DNA of 64,000 nucleotides from NCBI RefSeq assembly GCF_036321535.1, contig NC_087437.1, positions 102,798,001 through 102,862,000 on the forward strand, given 5' to 3'. The position numbers and the translations under genes were made by a program. This stretch comes from Camelus dromedarius. Lineage: Eukaryota. Below the pieces are notes generated by a model. That model did not search any database, had not been told where the DNA came from, and saw nothing but the letters and a program-made list of their open reading frames with translations. Position 1 is the stretch's first letter. Each line of letters starts with the position of its first letter. Shown here in pieces: positions 12,480 through 26,717 of this stretch.

Positions 12480-12625
12480 AATATTTTTGAATGCCTACTC
12501 TATGCCAGAGATCTGTGCCGGGTATTTTCACCCATTATCTCATTTAACCCTGATAAAAGCACATTTGGTAGATGATATTTTGAGATCGAAAGTGTCTGAT
12601 TTGCCTAGAGATACTAAGTATGTTC
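12480..12625 (-). mobile_element. MIR SINE
   Basis: ttttgaatgcctactctatgccagag...attatctcatttaaccct. Confidence 0.6.
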
Positions 12626-12955
12626 TGCCTGCTGACACTCAAATTGATAGCCAAGAGCATCACATGCATTTAAGATAAAATTTAGTCTTTTCTGCTTCAG
12701 TGTGTATTTCTCTGATGTGCCTTATACATAATTGGCAAATAGGGGGATGATGTAGGAATTGTGTTGATCAGTATGTGATTTCCTCAAGTCGTTAATTATT
12801 AAGTGGTCAAGAGCAAGCTTTCTCATAATTGAAGAGAAAACCTTAGCAGTCTATGAAGATGTTGAGAAAAATGTGAAAAATCAACTCAAGTGCCTTTCTT
12901 TAGTGCAAGTATTAGTTTGTGTAGTGGCTTTAAGAACTATCTTCATTTCCACTAC

Positions 12956-12956
<1 letters not shown>

Positions 12957-12990
<34 letters not shown>
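12957..12990. repeat. (AC)15 microsatellite
   Basis: Pure tract 12957-12986 followed by gcac. Confidence 0.95.
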
Positions 12991-12991
<1 letters not shown>

Positions 12992-14094
12992 TCTGGCAGC
13001 ACTGAGAGTGCGGTTGTAGAAACTGGGAAATAGTTTCTCCTCTGTTAAAATGATGTGTTTGTTTACTTGTTGGTTGTTTTCATTTTTAAAAGGCTATACC
13101 CTGGATCATTGTTTTCTTTTTAAAGCGAATGCCCTTCAGGTTTGTGTCTTGAAAGAAGATGCAGAAACTAAGCAGAAATACCAATAGAGATTTAACTGTA
13201 TCCGTATTTTAATTAAGATTGTTATGGTTTTTGTTAATGCTTGGTTTTACATTTCTGTAGGTTTCAAATGTTCTGACCTCTGATCCTGTCTTTTTCCATA
13301 AGCCGTGATATTTTTTACTGCACAGTTTTGCAGACACCAGCATTTTCAAGGATGCAAATATGGTCTTACAGCAGAAACGCTTGTCACTATTTGTAAAGGA
13401 AACCAACGTATTATGGCTGAGACCTATAATATAATAGAATAGTTCCCAGTTTAAGAAAATAGCACATTATACTTTGTCTTAAGTATTAGTGAGAGGGCTT
13501 GTGGGCAGTTTTTTCTATTATCATAACTTGTCCATTCCCAACCAGTTTTATAATAATTATATTAGGCTTTCTGATTAAATTTATATTTATTGTTTCTCTT
13601 AATTTCTCTCTTGATTATTATTTCCTACCAATTGCAAATGTTCAATATTGCCGGAGCCAAGAAGTTGCACTTTTATATTATAGCAGTAACTTTGGTTCAT
13701 CCATGAGAGAAATGCTATACACAGATTATGTGAAGATGAAAACATATAACTTGAGGAATGTGCCACATACTTTATCACAGGACTTATCCATGACATTTAC
13801 ATGTTTCTGATTTTTTTAACTTTATTTACTTAGATAAACCACTTATAACTTTCTAATACCAACTGAAGCTAAACACATTTTCAATCTTGCTCACTTCATC
13901 ATAATCTTTACCTTAGAATAATTGGCTTCACCCTACCTATGCTATAGATTATATACTAATGCATCATGCCAAGTTAAACTTTTGTAATTATCAAAGAGTT
14001 AGAGTTATATTTTAAACTTTAATATTTCCAAATGTATCTAAGGATACACTGAGACATAGCAGTTGAGAAAACCTTTTGTAGTCACCTTTAATTT

Positions 14095-14235
14095 ACCTAT
14101 TTGAAGTCTCATAATAATCCTGAAAGGTAGGTACTATGCCTGATTCAGAAAAGAGGAAAATGAACCTCAAAGAGATAAAATTATCTGCCCAAGAAAAAGA
14201 TTTAAAACATGGTAAGACCAGGGCTTGATGTAAAT
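14095..14235 (-). mobile_element. MIR SINE core
   Basis: ctcataataatcctgaaaggtaggtacta...gaggaaaatgaacctcaaagag...ctgcccaag. Confidence 0.6.
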
Positions 14236-14599
14236 ATTTTACTCTAGATACAGCAAATTTTCCTATTATAAGGTCTCTGTTTTTACCTAAATATGTTTTA
14301 CTCATATCCTTGAAGTAATGCTCAAAAATAACTTCTTAGTAGAGTACATGATTCATGCCACTGTTCTCTTTAAAGTTACTTTTGGACTGTGTTTATGGGA
14401 CACAGGCTGTTAATTTTAATTGGAGGTCTACCTTTCATTTGAATTGTTCAGAAGTTCCTGACTTAAAACTGTTAAGACTCTCGCTTGTATTCATTTGCAC
14501 AGTCCTGTTCTCTCAGCCTCATTGTTTGACACTGTGCACATGACAGACCATTCCTAGAATCCCCAGACTTGGTCCCTGAGTATACAGAGCCTGTGTGTT

Positions 14600-14955
14600 T
14601 TACATATTTTCTGTACGTCTTTGCCTGGACACTTCCTATTTTTCTTCAAGATTCAGCTCAAGCATCTCATCATTGAAGACATCTTTCTTTCTTTCAGAAA
14701 ATATACGTTAATCGCCTACTACATACTGGTCAATGTGCAAGGCATGCTAAATCCAAACAAGGTGGTAACGTATCTGAATTCTGCATACCCAGATGTCATG
14801 ATACTCTACTATGGCCTTCCATGTGAATTCCATGAGAGCAAGAATGTCTTTCCATGCTGGCTTCCCATTATATGCAATATGTTTGATTAGAGCGTTTCCT
14901 GTAAATTCTATTGTATTCCTGAAACATGCTTAGCATGTATGTGTTGAATGAGTAT
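14600..14955 (+). mobile_element. L2 LINE 3' end
   Basis: ttcttcaagattcagctcaagcatc...tgtgaattccatgagagcaagaa...tgttgaatga. Confidence 0.6.
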
Positions 14956-16839
14956 TTGAAGATTACCCAGCAGGAGTAAAGCACAGTGGCTGACTGGAAA
15001 TATATAGTGATTTGGGTAGTGATGTGGTTTGTTGGAATTATACTATATGTCATTCTAGTATTTGAAATAAACATTTTGTTCATATGACTGCTATGCACAT
15101 GATAGACCTATAATAAATATAGTAATATCTATAAAATAATCAAATCACAGTGATTATTTAATTCAGGAGGAATAGCAAAGATGAACTGCCTTATCTCTGA
15201 TATTCTCTCCTATACTGAAAATTAATTAGACTGGGAATAAAGCAGTCTTTTAAATCTTGCTATGAGGTTTGTTCTTCTGAAGCCTTATTTGAGGCACGGG
15301 AAATGATTATGTAGTTGGGGTTTCAAAGTCTTCAAAATATAGACATAAATTAGGGAGATATAATATGTTGATGATGGTATAATTAAACAGATTCCATATC
15401 ATCAATAGTAAATGTATGATATGTCAATAGAGCAAGTATTTAAAGTCCTAGACGTCAAGATAATCCCCTAGGGTTAATTAAAAGTTGCTTATTCAATCAA
15501 TGGTTATTGGAAGCCAATTCTAAACTGTAGGTATAGAAAGACAAGCAAGAAAAGAGTTATTTTTGTCTTACTGTTTCATAGGCACTTGGATTTTTTAAAA
15601 ATTCAGTTTAACCTCAGACAGTTTTCTCCTGTCTGGTAGCCATGTTTTGTCATGATTTTATGATATTCTCTAGGTCTAACTTCAGTGATAAAAGCATTTC
15701 AATTAATGGGACAGAATACATTTTCACAGACTCCAAAATACCTTTATCACCTGCTTATTTGTCTGCCTACCATTTATCCACTGTTACCGTTATTATGCTT
15801 GTCACTTTTAACTTGAAATACAGTTTGCAATTAAAGATCTAACAACTGTTTCTGATTCATCTATTTTTACTTTGCTTTCGCCCCTTAAATTTCACATAAT
15901 TTATAATCACTTTAATTGGCTATCTACGTGAGTCATTTTATTTCAAAGCCCCCTCGTAAGCCCCACGCTAATGCATTTTGCCTTTGTGGGGACTGCATGT
16001 GGTTTGCAATTTAGAAAGAAAACTCCACACAGGTTATTAAATGAATGATATTATGCCATCCCTTGTGCTTTTCTGAAAACTTGCAAAGCCATATCCAAAA
16101 TGGATATGAAATATTCAACTTTAGTATTCTCATGATATTAAAATAACACTTCTTAGTAATGAATTCTAAGCAATTATGAAATACCCTAAGTTACTAATGT
16201 ATGTTTTCTTTCAAGTCTTTGTTCTATTTCTATTGTAGTGAAACATTTCATTAAAAATACCCTACTTCCTACACTGTGCATTAATACAGTTTGTTTGATA
16301 AATGGTGACTTCTTTAAGCAGAAAGTTATTTTCTTCTTGCTAGGAAAATCAAATGATTAAATATATAGACTCTGGTAGAAAAGAATTATCTGTTACTTAA
16401 CTTTCACTTGTCTCTTCCTGTTTAGCTGCCTCTCACTCCCATACCTCATTTAAAAGTCTTAATATCTCTGGTTATAAACATGGATGTGGATATGTGATGG
16501 GAGAAGTGAAGTTGTCCTCAGAAATCAAGTGTCTTTTACTGATCGTGGCTCCAGATTACATTTTAACCACTGAGCAGAAATGCATGCAGAGAGCTTGGAC
16601 TGAGAAAGGGAAGTAAATACTACTAGTAGATCAATCACTGCTTTGTTTCAGGGAGGATAATTCATCAGCTAAAAGAGAATGGGGGAGTGAATGGTGGAGT
16701 CAGAATCTGAAGAGCTGGGATAAAGTCTGACATAGGGGAGGGAGAAGGAGAAGAAGACACTCAAGAAAACATAGAAGGATACCAGTACCCTTGTTTCCTC
16801 AAATGCCATTTGTAAGTATTTGATGAATTAATTGAACAA

Positions 16840-17421
16840 GGGAAGATAACTAAATCCAGACACTAAATTCAGACAGTTAATATGGTAAGGACAGATGTTA
16901 ATCAATAATATACTGTATTGGGCATAGTACATTACTGTACTCAATAGGATAAATAACTCAGGGTGAACTGAATTCAACTTTGATTTGTACACAGGTGACT
17001 GGGAGTTTTAAAGGGAAAAAGAGAGAAAAGGGAGGGGGTGAGTGGTGAGTGAGTGAACTCCATAGAGTCAGGGAAGTGAAAAATTGTAAAAACTCAAAAA
17101 GGGTGGGGGCTGGTCCCTGTGAATCCCATCTAGTTTGTTTACTGGCTCTTTCTTATCAAAGTTAGGTTCCCTCCCTCCCACGGGGTCTAGGAGACGGGAG
17201 TCCTACCTTGACGCGTTGGCTGCAACAAACAGTGAATTATTTTGGCAGCCTTGAGTTTTCTCCCACTGGTACTTTAGAGTCATCCTAGGGATGTGGCCTT
17301 GAGTTGTTAAAAATTAGGTTAGTGTTTTGTTCAGGTCTTTATGGGCCAAGGTTGAGGCCTGGTTAAGAAGAGGGCTCAGTGGAGCCTGGCTAGAGCTTGG
17401 TCAGCGAGAGAATCTTCCTCA
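16840..17421 (-). mobile_element. ERV1-class solo LTR, MER31/MER67-like
   Basis: Right end ggttgaggcctggttaagaagagggctcagtggagcctggctagagcttggtcagcgagagaatcttcctca is the reverse complement of the recalled MER31/MER67 LTR start; internal motifs are collinear. Confidence 0.75.
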
Positions 17422-18017
17422 GAAGAAGATCTGTCAGTCACCCTGCAGGGTCCTTTCATATACTTTCATATGAGTTACCTCGTCTTTATATTCACAGCAT
17501 ATCTGGGAGTTGTGAAGGAGGGAACTGAATTTCATAAAAGTTAAGTAGCATCTAATAAGCACAGGTCTTCAAATTCAAATTCAGTTAATATTTGATTCTG
17601 AAACTTTACTCCTGCCACTGACTGAAACGTGGTTCTTTTGAAGTAGTAAGGAATTGCTGGAGGGAGAAAGAAAACATTAGGGGCAGCTCTAGGTTCAGGT
17701 TTTTACCATTCTTTCTGGCCATTTCTTTTGAATAGCTAGACTCTAGATAAGACCGGTTAGTAAACTAGTAAATCTTCTACCGACCTAAAGATTTATGAGC
17801 ATGGAGAACCAACCGGATTTAGAGATATTAGGGTCTGGGTGACTGCAAGGTGGGGCAGTTCTACTGTTCATGTTAGTGTAATTCATTAAGGACTATATGA
17901 CGTTAATATTTAAATATCAGCTATATTTTAAAATGGATTCTCTTATTGTAAAACGCTATAATGATTAATAAGTCATCAGCTGTGTCTTAACTTATTAAAT
18001 ACTTTCTTAATGAAATT

Positions 18018-18430
18018 ACATCAGTTTAGGATGCTTTTAGGGGCAAAGAAGAGAAGAACACATTCAAAATGGCTTAAAAGTAAACATCTATTAAAATATG
18101 TAAGGAGCTACACAGAGGTAGGTTTGGATTTCATGTTTCTCCTCAGTTTTGGCTGTTTTTCCTTCATGGAAGGAACATGGCTGCAACAGCTTTATCTATC
18201 ACGTTGTTAGACCATAAAACCTGAAGTTATGAAAAATAAATATTTATTTGATTGGCCTCACTTTAATAGTAATGGGAAAATCCCCATATGTCATCCAGCA
18301 GACTTCCCTCAATTCTCATTGGCTAGAATTGTTTCATATGAACTCCCTAAACCAATCAGTGGTGAGGAGAATGACATCACCATTGTGTCCCTTGACTAAT
18401 CAACTCCTTTCTGTTGCTGAGGGGGAGTTA
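18018..18430 (-). mobile_element. Old MaLR LTR (MLT1J/K-like)
   Basis: tcagtttaggatgctttt...caaaatggcttaaa...catggctgc...cagcagacttccctcaattctcattggctagaa...ccctaaaccaatca. Confidence 0.65.
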
Positions 18431-18519
18431 CGAAGAATGAGGGAGGAAGTTAAGTGTTTTTGCTACAGGGATGTTGAAAGGGCCCTTTTTGACAAAGAAA
18501 TGTAAGCAGTGCTAAAAAT

Positions 18520-18715
18520 CAACATTTACTGAGTATTTACAGTGTACCATTTTTTCTGTACTTTGTGTGACCTAATTTAATTCTTCAAACTTCCTTATGA
18601 GGTTGATTCTGTTTTATAGAAGGGGATGCGAAGAGATTTTAAAGTGTTTAAGTGACTTATCAAACTAAGAAAGCTGCTCAGTTGCAAAGTTGGGATGGGA
18701 ACCTAGGCTGGCTGG
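18520..18715 (-). mobile_element. MIR SINE
   Basis: aacatttactgagtatttacagtgtacca...tttaattcttca...ttaagtgactt...gaacctaggct. Confidence 0.6.
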
Positions 18716-18904
18716 CAAATGTCATCTTTCCCCACCAGGTTCCCATAAAAGGAAATTGTTAACGTTGTTCATCGTTTTACTGTTGTTAAGTTTAAGAATG
18801 GTCGGTAAGGATGCGAACTTCCTTTGTGAACAGGTTACGTCCTGGGCAGTCTCCTAAGAAAACTATTATATGTGTTCTCACGTAACTATTTACACATCTT
18901 GTAC

Positions 18905-19040
18905 TGTCATTTTTAAATTTTACAAATAAGGAAATTAAGAGATAGAATGATAAAGCAATTTACCTGAGGTCACGTGGCTGTGACGTGGCCAAAGTGGAAT
19001 TTGAAGGAAGGTTTAGTTGGAGTTTGAAGGCCTAAGTGCC
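18905..19040 (-). mobile_element. MIR SINE core
   Basis: attttacaaataaggaaattaagagatag...acctgaggtcacgtggct...ggaatttgaa. Confidence 0.65.
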
Positions 19041-21107
19041 TCCTACTGTACAATCCTCGAGGATTGTCGTCAAATAATAGCAGGGGTAGGGTAATTCATT
19101 TGGAATAAAACAAATTGCGTAAACCTGGCTAGCCCTCCAAGAACCTAATTTTTTAACGGAATGTATATTTAATTGCTCTTTTTTTTTTTTTTTCAAGCTA
19201 GACAGGAGAGTAGCATTCTTAAGTTTAAAGAGGCCAAAGGAAAAAACTCATTTGGTTTCTGGAAAAGTTGGATCAAAAATAGAAATGGGGCTCAGAGTCT
19301 TTATAGGGAGAAGTTGAAACTGAAAGAAAAAAGCATATGGATTTGAAATTGACTCCTGAGACAGGTTAAATACTGAAATGTGGGTGATTATGTAGACGCA
19401 CTAATCGGGGTTCTGATCTAGTGCGTACCTAGGATACGACGTGAACTACATCAGTTCCCACTTCTAGACAGTTCTTCGTGAGACTACACAGTGAATTAAA
19501 AGGCAGGATAGAGATTGAGGTGCTAGAGTATAAAACTGTACGTCAGCTGTATAATCACTATTTCTTAGCCATTTTTTTTTCTATATCAGGTACTCTCACA
19601 AAAACTGTGTGTGTTATGAATGGTCAAATATGTAAACTTAACTACATTTGTGTGTCTAGGAGTGTGTGTATATACACATATACGTAAAAGCTTTGCTAAA
19701 CCATTCCGCTATTCCATGCTGTGTCAGAATGTTTGCTGTCTTTGTTTCATCACTCTCATTAGTGGTGAAAGTCACGAATATTTTAAGTGATTTGTTCTTT
19801 GCTTCTTTTTGCCTCAAAGAAGAAAATGTGCTCCATGATAAAACATTGGACTTATTATTCACACTTTGTGTAACTGAAGACTAATTAGCCAGTGTTTAAT
19901 TTCTCAAGATTATGAAACAGTATCTGTTGTCTTTCTGTGACACAAAATGAACAGCTAAACAGCTCTCTCAACTTTTTTTTTTTAAAAAACAAACTCCCAG
20001 CACACAAGTATTCATAATTTATGATGTTTTTCATCAAAACATATTCCCTGAATATAGTTAAAATTGACATTTGGAGCATGGGTGCTTTGGTTCCAGCTCA
20101 GGGACTGTGATTGAAATGCATGCACAGGCTTGCATCCTTCATTTTCATTTTCCCCGATTTGTAATTGAAGAGAGAAGGCTGCTAAGTTTCTAACAGCGTT
20201 ATACCTTCTTTTACATAGCACTTCCCGACCGACTTAAAACATTTCACGTTACAGAGCTGCTGAAAAAATTGTCCAGCGTATTTGTAATATCACAATAAGC
20301 ATTAGATCATAAAATTGTAGCTACAAATTCTCTTGTATCTCAGTGGTTGATTACTGTGTCCCTTTTGAGGATTACTAAGTAGATAATCTGCTTCTATTTC
20401 TGATGACAGAGAACAAATTCATTTGTATAAAAAGCTTTTGTGAGATACGTTGATAATGTTTTTCATATAAAGCATATCCTTACTTGCAGGGATTCCAGGC
20501 AACTGAGCTCCCTTATTTGCAGTAAAGTAATAGTGTTCAGATTAGATAGTTTCTATTATCTTTATCATTGACTGGTTTGCAGTTTTTATGGAAATAAAAA
20601 GTATTTGAGCTTTCCTTTTTCTGTAAATGGTAGTGAATGGTCTCATTTTTAAAGATCTCTTTGATTTTCTTTTACTTCTCCTGGTTTGGTTTGACACCAG
20701 TCAAAACTGTTTCTAGAGTGTTCAGAATTCACATCACGTGGCTGGCTGTTGAAGCGTTCTGGCTGGATACTCGGCTACTAAGTGAATTCATGCCAGCACG
20801 TGTCAATTCCAGGCATTGAGGCCAATGGCTGCTTAGTTCTGGGGCGAAACTCCCGTGCGCAAGTCACTGGTGGTTTCCTGTGAATAAATCTGGATCCTGT
20901 GGCCCAAATTGTGTCAACATCTGTGTTTTATTTCCAACTCTGTTCCACACTCAATGAAGCCCAGATCTCTACTCAGTATCTCAGTATCTTTCCATCCCCT
21001 TTAGCTTCAAAGCAACATTTTTGATCATTTTATTTGTACAAATTTCTGTTTTGGTTTGTGGGCATGCAAACACTTTGAGCTTTTAAAATGTGCTTCCACG
21101 CCAGTGG

Positions 21108-21305
21108 CTGTATGATGACTAAGAGCACAGAGTCTGGAATCTGGCAGATTTGAGTTTCAGTCCTGCTCACCCACTCGTTTGATGAGCCAATGCTCATCTG
21201 GATCTTGAGCAAGTAATTCACTTCTCCATTCCTTATTATTTTCATCTGTAAAATGGGGATAATAGTGCTGCTCACATAGTAACTGTTCAATTCACGTTAG
21301 CTCTC
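21108..21305 (+). mobile_element. MIR SINE
   Basis: taagagcacagagtctggaatc...tcttgagcaagtaattcacttctc...tcatctgtaaaatggggataatagt. Confidence 0.8.
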
Positions 21306-24300
21306 ATCACATTGCTGTAGAGCCAAGTTATAATTAACATATTCTTGATAATTTATTCACCATGCCTTGAAAGGTTTCCAAAAGGAATTTAGCTTTATGA
21401 AAAACAATGCTCTGGTAAGATGTCAGAATGTTTATTTGGAGGTGGTTATTGCTTTTGGAAAACTACATTATCACATTGCCATTGACTGACATTCTGTTTG
21501 GTTTTCCCAGACTTTGCTAAGAGCAGATGACAGTTGGAAAGTCTGGTATTTTGAGTTCTGATGGTATTTAGGATTTCTGCTCTGCTTTGTTACCTGTTAC
21601 CATCATGGTTCAGGGCTTCATAGCTGAGGCAGAATGAGGAATTAATTATTCACCTTGTTACTTGACCAGCACAGAACTGTCTAAATCCTGAATCCAGTGC
21701 AAAGTTCAGTCTCCCTCTCAGGGTGTCCTCCATTCTCAAGGACTTCCCTCCTCTTCCCCCAACTTTCCTCAGACTCTTGTCTGGGTCTGGGTATAAGCCT
21801 ATGTCCTTGTTTTTCCCTCTACTCTTCTCCATCCTTAACTCCAGTGAAACTCTTGTTTCTGTGTGGACTTTGCTCAGTGTCTGTACTACTGGTGTTCCAT
21901 ATGGTCTGTTTCCACAGCATGATCAATGCCTGGTGGCTCCCACATTACTGGATAAGGCTCCACCGCGCTCCCACTGGGTCTGGTTAGGCTCAGAGGACTA
22001 GCAGTTCCTCTCTCATGAGCTGGCTAGTAATGTCCCCGACCTTTATAGCCTGTGTTACTGGGTTTCCCGGTTTAAGCTTTAGTGATCTTCAGCACCCTCT
22101 TCCCCTGACCAAGGTGGTTCAGTGACAATTTATTCTCCTCTAGAATCTGCATCATAATTAAGGGATTGTAGGAATGCTTGTTACATCACTTCCACATTGT
22201 AGTAGTCCTTGGAGACGTGGGGGGAGGGTACAAGTTGGGCTCTCCGTGGTCAACTAGACTTCTCTGTCTTTGTTCCCTACTAGAGTCAGTCATGCTGGTG
22301 CTCCTTCCACTCTTGGACATGATGTTCTCAAATCTGTCAGTGATGGTGGTGGTAGAGATTATGGTGGTAGGGATCATAGGAGGAGCTGCCCAATTGCCTA
22401 CTGAGTCCCCCATGAATTACAACACAAGGAAGGAAAAGAGAACCCTCTAAGAGATACTTGAGAATCTCCTCCTTTTAGCTTTCTCAATAACTTGTTGCAT
22501 TTCTCCCTTTTTAGAGAATGAGAAGATATTCTTACAGCAGGCTCACAGTTCTTTTTTTCCCTAGGGATCACTTTTTGTAAAGTCTTTGCTCTGAGTCATT
22601 AGCCATTGATATTGAAAGGGATGCTTGTTATGAAAATTCTTCTTTCTTTCAATTGACTGACTTTTGATTCTAAAACTTTATTATTGAAGGCTGTCCATTC
22701 TGCCATGCTCTGTTTAGAAGTACTGTTTGAGAGTCAAAGCTGGTAATGGCTTTTTGATTCTCAATGCTTGCAATGGATGACTGACTCAGTTCACTGGGTG
22801 GAAAGTGACAGGCAGCAAGATTTAGAACTCTGCAAGGTGATAAAGACTAAATGTGTTGACATGTAAGAAAGAAATGGAAATACATAAGAGGAGAGAATAT
22901 TGAGTAAATAGTGGTTACTATGTTTACCAAAAAGTAGGATTGATTTGATCCCCCAAATGAAATTCCAGAATAATTTTTAAAGGTAGCTTTTTAGATCCTC
23001 CTGAGGCTGGCATTTTCAAATTCTCTCCACTTACCTTAGTTTAGCATGTAAAATGAAACTCAAATCCTATTTCATTTTTGAAACCTTTCTCCACCCCCCC
23101 AGCTTTATTGAGATATATTTGAAATATACCATTCATTGAAACCTTTCTTAATTACCCAAACCACCTTTCTTTGTCTGGTATAAACCACTAGAATTTGAAT
23201 TCATTCTACTCATTTTGACATGTAATCTCATATTGTCCTGGGTCATTTTAAGTGTTTTAATTTCATTAATCTTGCTTTCTAAATCAGTTTCAAGTTTAGA
23301 GACAAAAGTTTTATATTATGTGGTAGACATAGTGGTTGCTCAGTAAATAGTTATTAAAAAAAATGGATGATGCTCTCATATTGCTAAACACTTAAAAGCA
23401 GAATTTAAAACTTGTGTAAAAAAAAGAATTTGAATTAAATAAAACATAAATATCTGGCTGTGGGAGCTGTTATAAATAAGCAAATTATACTTATAAAAGT
23501 TATAGAATATTTACTCTTTTAAATCCTTAAGGGTGAAAATGAGCTTGTATCTGATTAGAACAGATTTGTTGGAAATATAAATTAAATAATCAAAGTTGCA
23601 TCTAATTTCTTTGAAAATATACACCTAAAATTAATGAAACTTCTGTATTTTTCCTTCTTTATTTATATCAACTCAGTGGTTTACTGGCAGTTTAATAAGG
23701 GATATGTACACTTCACCTTGTCAATAATTTTTCTTAAAAATTTTCAGAGAAGCTAGCAAGTAAATGTAATTGTCAAAAACCTAGAAGTTGATCTTTGCAT
23801 ATATAGTTTAGTTAGTTATCTGCATGTCCTTTCTGCCTATATTCAATTTTTTCCTGGCTGTTAATGCTCTATAACAAAATCAATTTCACTCATAAAAAAT
23901 ATGGAATGACTTTTCAAATGATACTGTCCAGATAAGTGTAATTTAAATTATTTTGTTATTAAACTGTTATATTAATGAATACTTAGCCCCAGTTAATTTA
24001 GCCAACAATTCTGTGTCAAAAGAATACTCTATAATATATATAACATATTTTGAAATAATCGCAAAATTTAGCATCATTTCTTTTAAATAGTCCATTTATG
24101 TTCATGTGATATTATAAAGTGTTAATCCTTTCTGAATAATCTACTGTTGATTAATTTTAATATTTTGCCTGATGAAACAAATCTTACAACTCTTACCATT
24201 TTTCAGTTTAATTTAACAGGGAAAGGGTCAGAAAGTCAGAAGTGATTCATACATGAATATATATCTTACAATAATTAAATAACCAAAACATTACAATAAC

Positions 24301-25024
24301 AGAAGCATATGAGCTAAATTAGAAGTCAACCATCATAAAAATGCCTGTGATTTAAAAGAAAATATTCCAAAAATTTAATTTGTTTTAGAATGGATGACAA
24401 CTTTTCGTCTGCAAATGTGAAAATGCATTTGTGGCCATACTGTGAAAGATACATGTGTACAACAGTACTCTTAAAAATGTTAAGAAGAATATGGAAGACA
24501 GAAAAGATAATGACATAAAAATCTAAACTAGCTATTTTGCTCCCTTTAACGTTACATTTAGTTCAGAGTTTACTGGGTAAAGGGAAAAAAGGGAAAATGG
24601 GATGTACAGTTTTTTTAATCAAACGTGGAAACCATACTATTTATCCAGAAGGAAGATTAAAATTAATTTATTGTTTGGCTTTTCAAATCAGATAATTTTT
24701 AACAGCATAATCAATGATTGCTTTTTTATTAGTTTTAGGAAAAATCCAGAATATTTTTTTAATAGTACATTCTTTATAGCCATCCTTGGAGAGAGCCGAG
24801 GGCATAGCACTTTGTAATAATCTATAATGTCATTTACTCACATATATATTATGTATATATAAAATCAAAGAGATAGCTACTCTTTAGTGATTATGATTTA
24901 GTTTATATGTTTTAGATACTTGAGTGATATTAGATATTTTACATTAAAACAAGGTGTTAAAGCATAAAGTGATAAATAATAAAAAGAAAATTCACAATTG
25001 TATCCTTGAAAATTTGGGCTTCTG

Positions 25025-25200
25025 TTTCATTCACTCATTCGTATTTGTCAAATCCTTTCTTTGTGCAGCCATTGAACCTTGTGGGTAATAAAAAGATATG
25101 TAAGTCCTGGGTCATTTTCTCAAGGGATTTACCATCTAGCATCAGCAATAATGCACTTATTCCCAAAGCAATAATACAAAGAATATGTGCTATTTCCATA
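25025..25200 (-). mobile_element. L2 LINE 3' end
   Basis: ttcattcactcattcgtatttg...ctcaagggatttaccatctag. Confidence 0.55.
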
Positions 25201-26717
25201 TAAATGACAAAATGTGATATCAGCCTGTGAATGCAATTTGATTATACGGGTGTCCATGAAGTGCTGAGAATTTGATTGAAACAACACAGTGAAAATCGGT
25301 CTCTGACTCAGTAAGAGCTAGAAAATCAACCAGTTTCATTTCGCCACTTACAACATATCAGTGCCTTTATGATACCACGATTGCTGGGGTCGGACACCTT
25401 CCTTTTGCTCATGCCCTTCTCCCCTGGAGCAAAGAAGATGGTTAGGTTTTGTGTTTTCCAAGGATTCCTACTAAAAAAAAAATAGAGGAACTTGAAATAT
25501 TTCTTTATAAGAGAAGGACTTGCACATCATTTTAATCAACATCCTAATTTCATAAAAGAGAAGAAAAAAATTCCTTAAAGGTTAAGTGACTTGTTCAGTT
25601 ATTCACAGCTAGCAAGTAGCTTGCTTGGTCTAGATCAACTTTTTACTCAAGTAGAGAAATCTTAAATCGTTCATATTAGAGGAATCAAGTTTTGTGTTAG
25701 GTCAGAATTTCTTGTGCTTTGAAAAATTATTTTAAATGTGCCACATTATTCTTTCCAATACTTTATCCAAATATGCATTATTTTATTCCAAAGGGAAAGG
25801 ATTTAAAAATTAAAGAGTTGAACTGTATTAATATGTTCTATCTCGTCAGGAGTGGCAATACCTATATATCAGAGAGGACATTTCCAACATACTGAGTGCA
25901 CTGCTGTTTCTTTAATAGTTTGTGATTAATTGGAGGAATTCAATTGCTATCTTTTTAAACACTGAAATGATTTATTAAAAGTGAGAGTCATTACTGCATC
26001 TGAAGTGTGTTAATTCTACTTGGAATCAAACTAGTGTATTTTATTTTCCAGGAATTTATTATACTGTCTGAAAAAGCGTAATAGTAATATTGCCACACTT
26101 CCAGGGCAAAGAATGTGGTGTTGGTAGGATGGAAATCATGAACTGGCTATCCTGGAGTTATGAGCTGTTGTGAATCATAGTGAAAGAGTGGGTCCAGAGG
26201 AGCTGACCTGCAAAGTACATCTACAAGTGTATGCCAGGTTTTGGTCAAAAGAGTTTTGAGCAAATTGATAATGTCTTTGGGCAAATGATGTGAAGATAGA
26301 GTTGAGTAAGTTCAAGAACAGCTTATACATTTTGTTAAATTGTGAATGATAACAGGAGATGGGTAGAGAATAACCTAAGCTGTTTTCTGTATAGAGTCAT
26401 TTAAAAGGTCGAACTCAAGAAATCAGTTTGATGGAGTATTGAGAACTCAGACTGTTGGTGTAACACTGGACTTATCCCAGAAGCATCGTGATGATGGGGA
26501 AGGAAGGGACCTATATGACTAACATGATACTTGGAAGGAACATCTAGGCTGATGATTTTCTAACATTATATTGAAGGCAAATAGAAGAATAGTTGTTTGA
26601 AGATAGCTGGGTTTTGCGGTGCGGGGGGGATGGGAGGAAGATATTACAGAAGAAGGTATAAAAGCATTTTAAGATGTGAAATTAAATGTTCAGAATGAAA
26701 AATTCTCTTGAAATCTC

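Noticed and set aside
22178..22450. Ser/Thr-rich 75-aa and 90-aa ORFs on opposite strands
   Set aside because: Short, with no recognisable homology, splice-site framing or retrocopy hallmarks.
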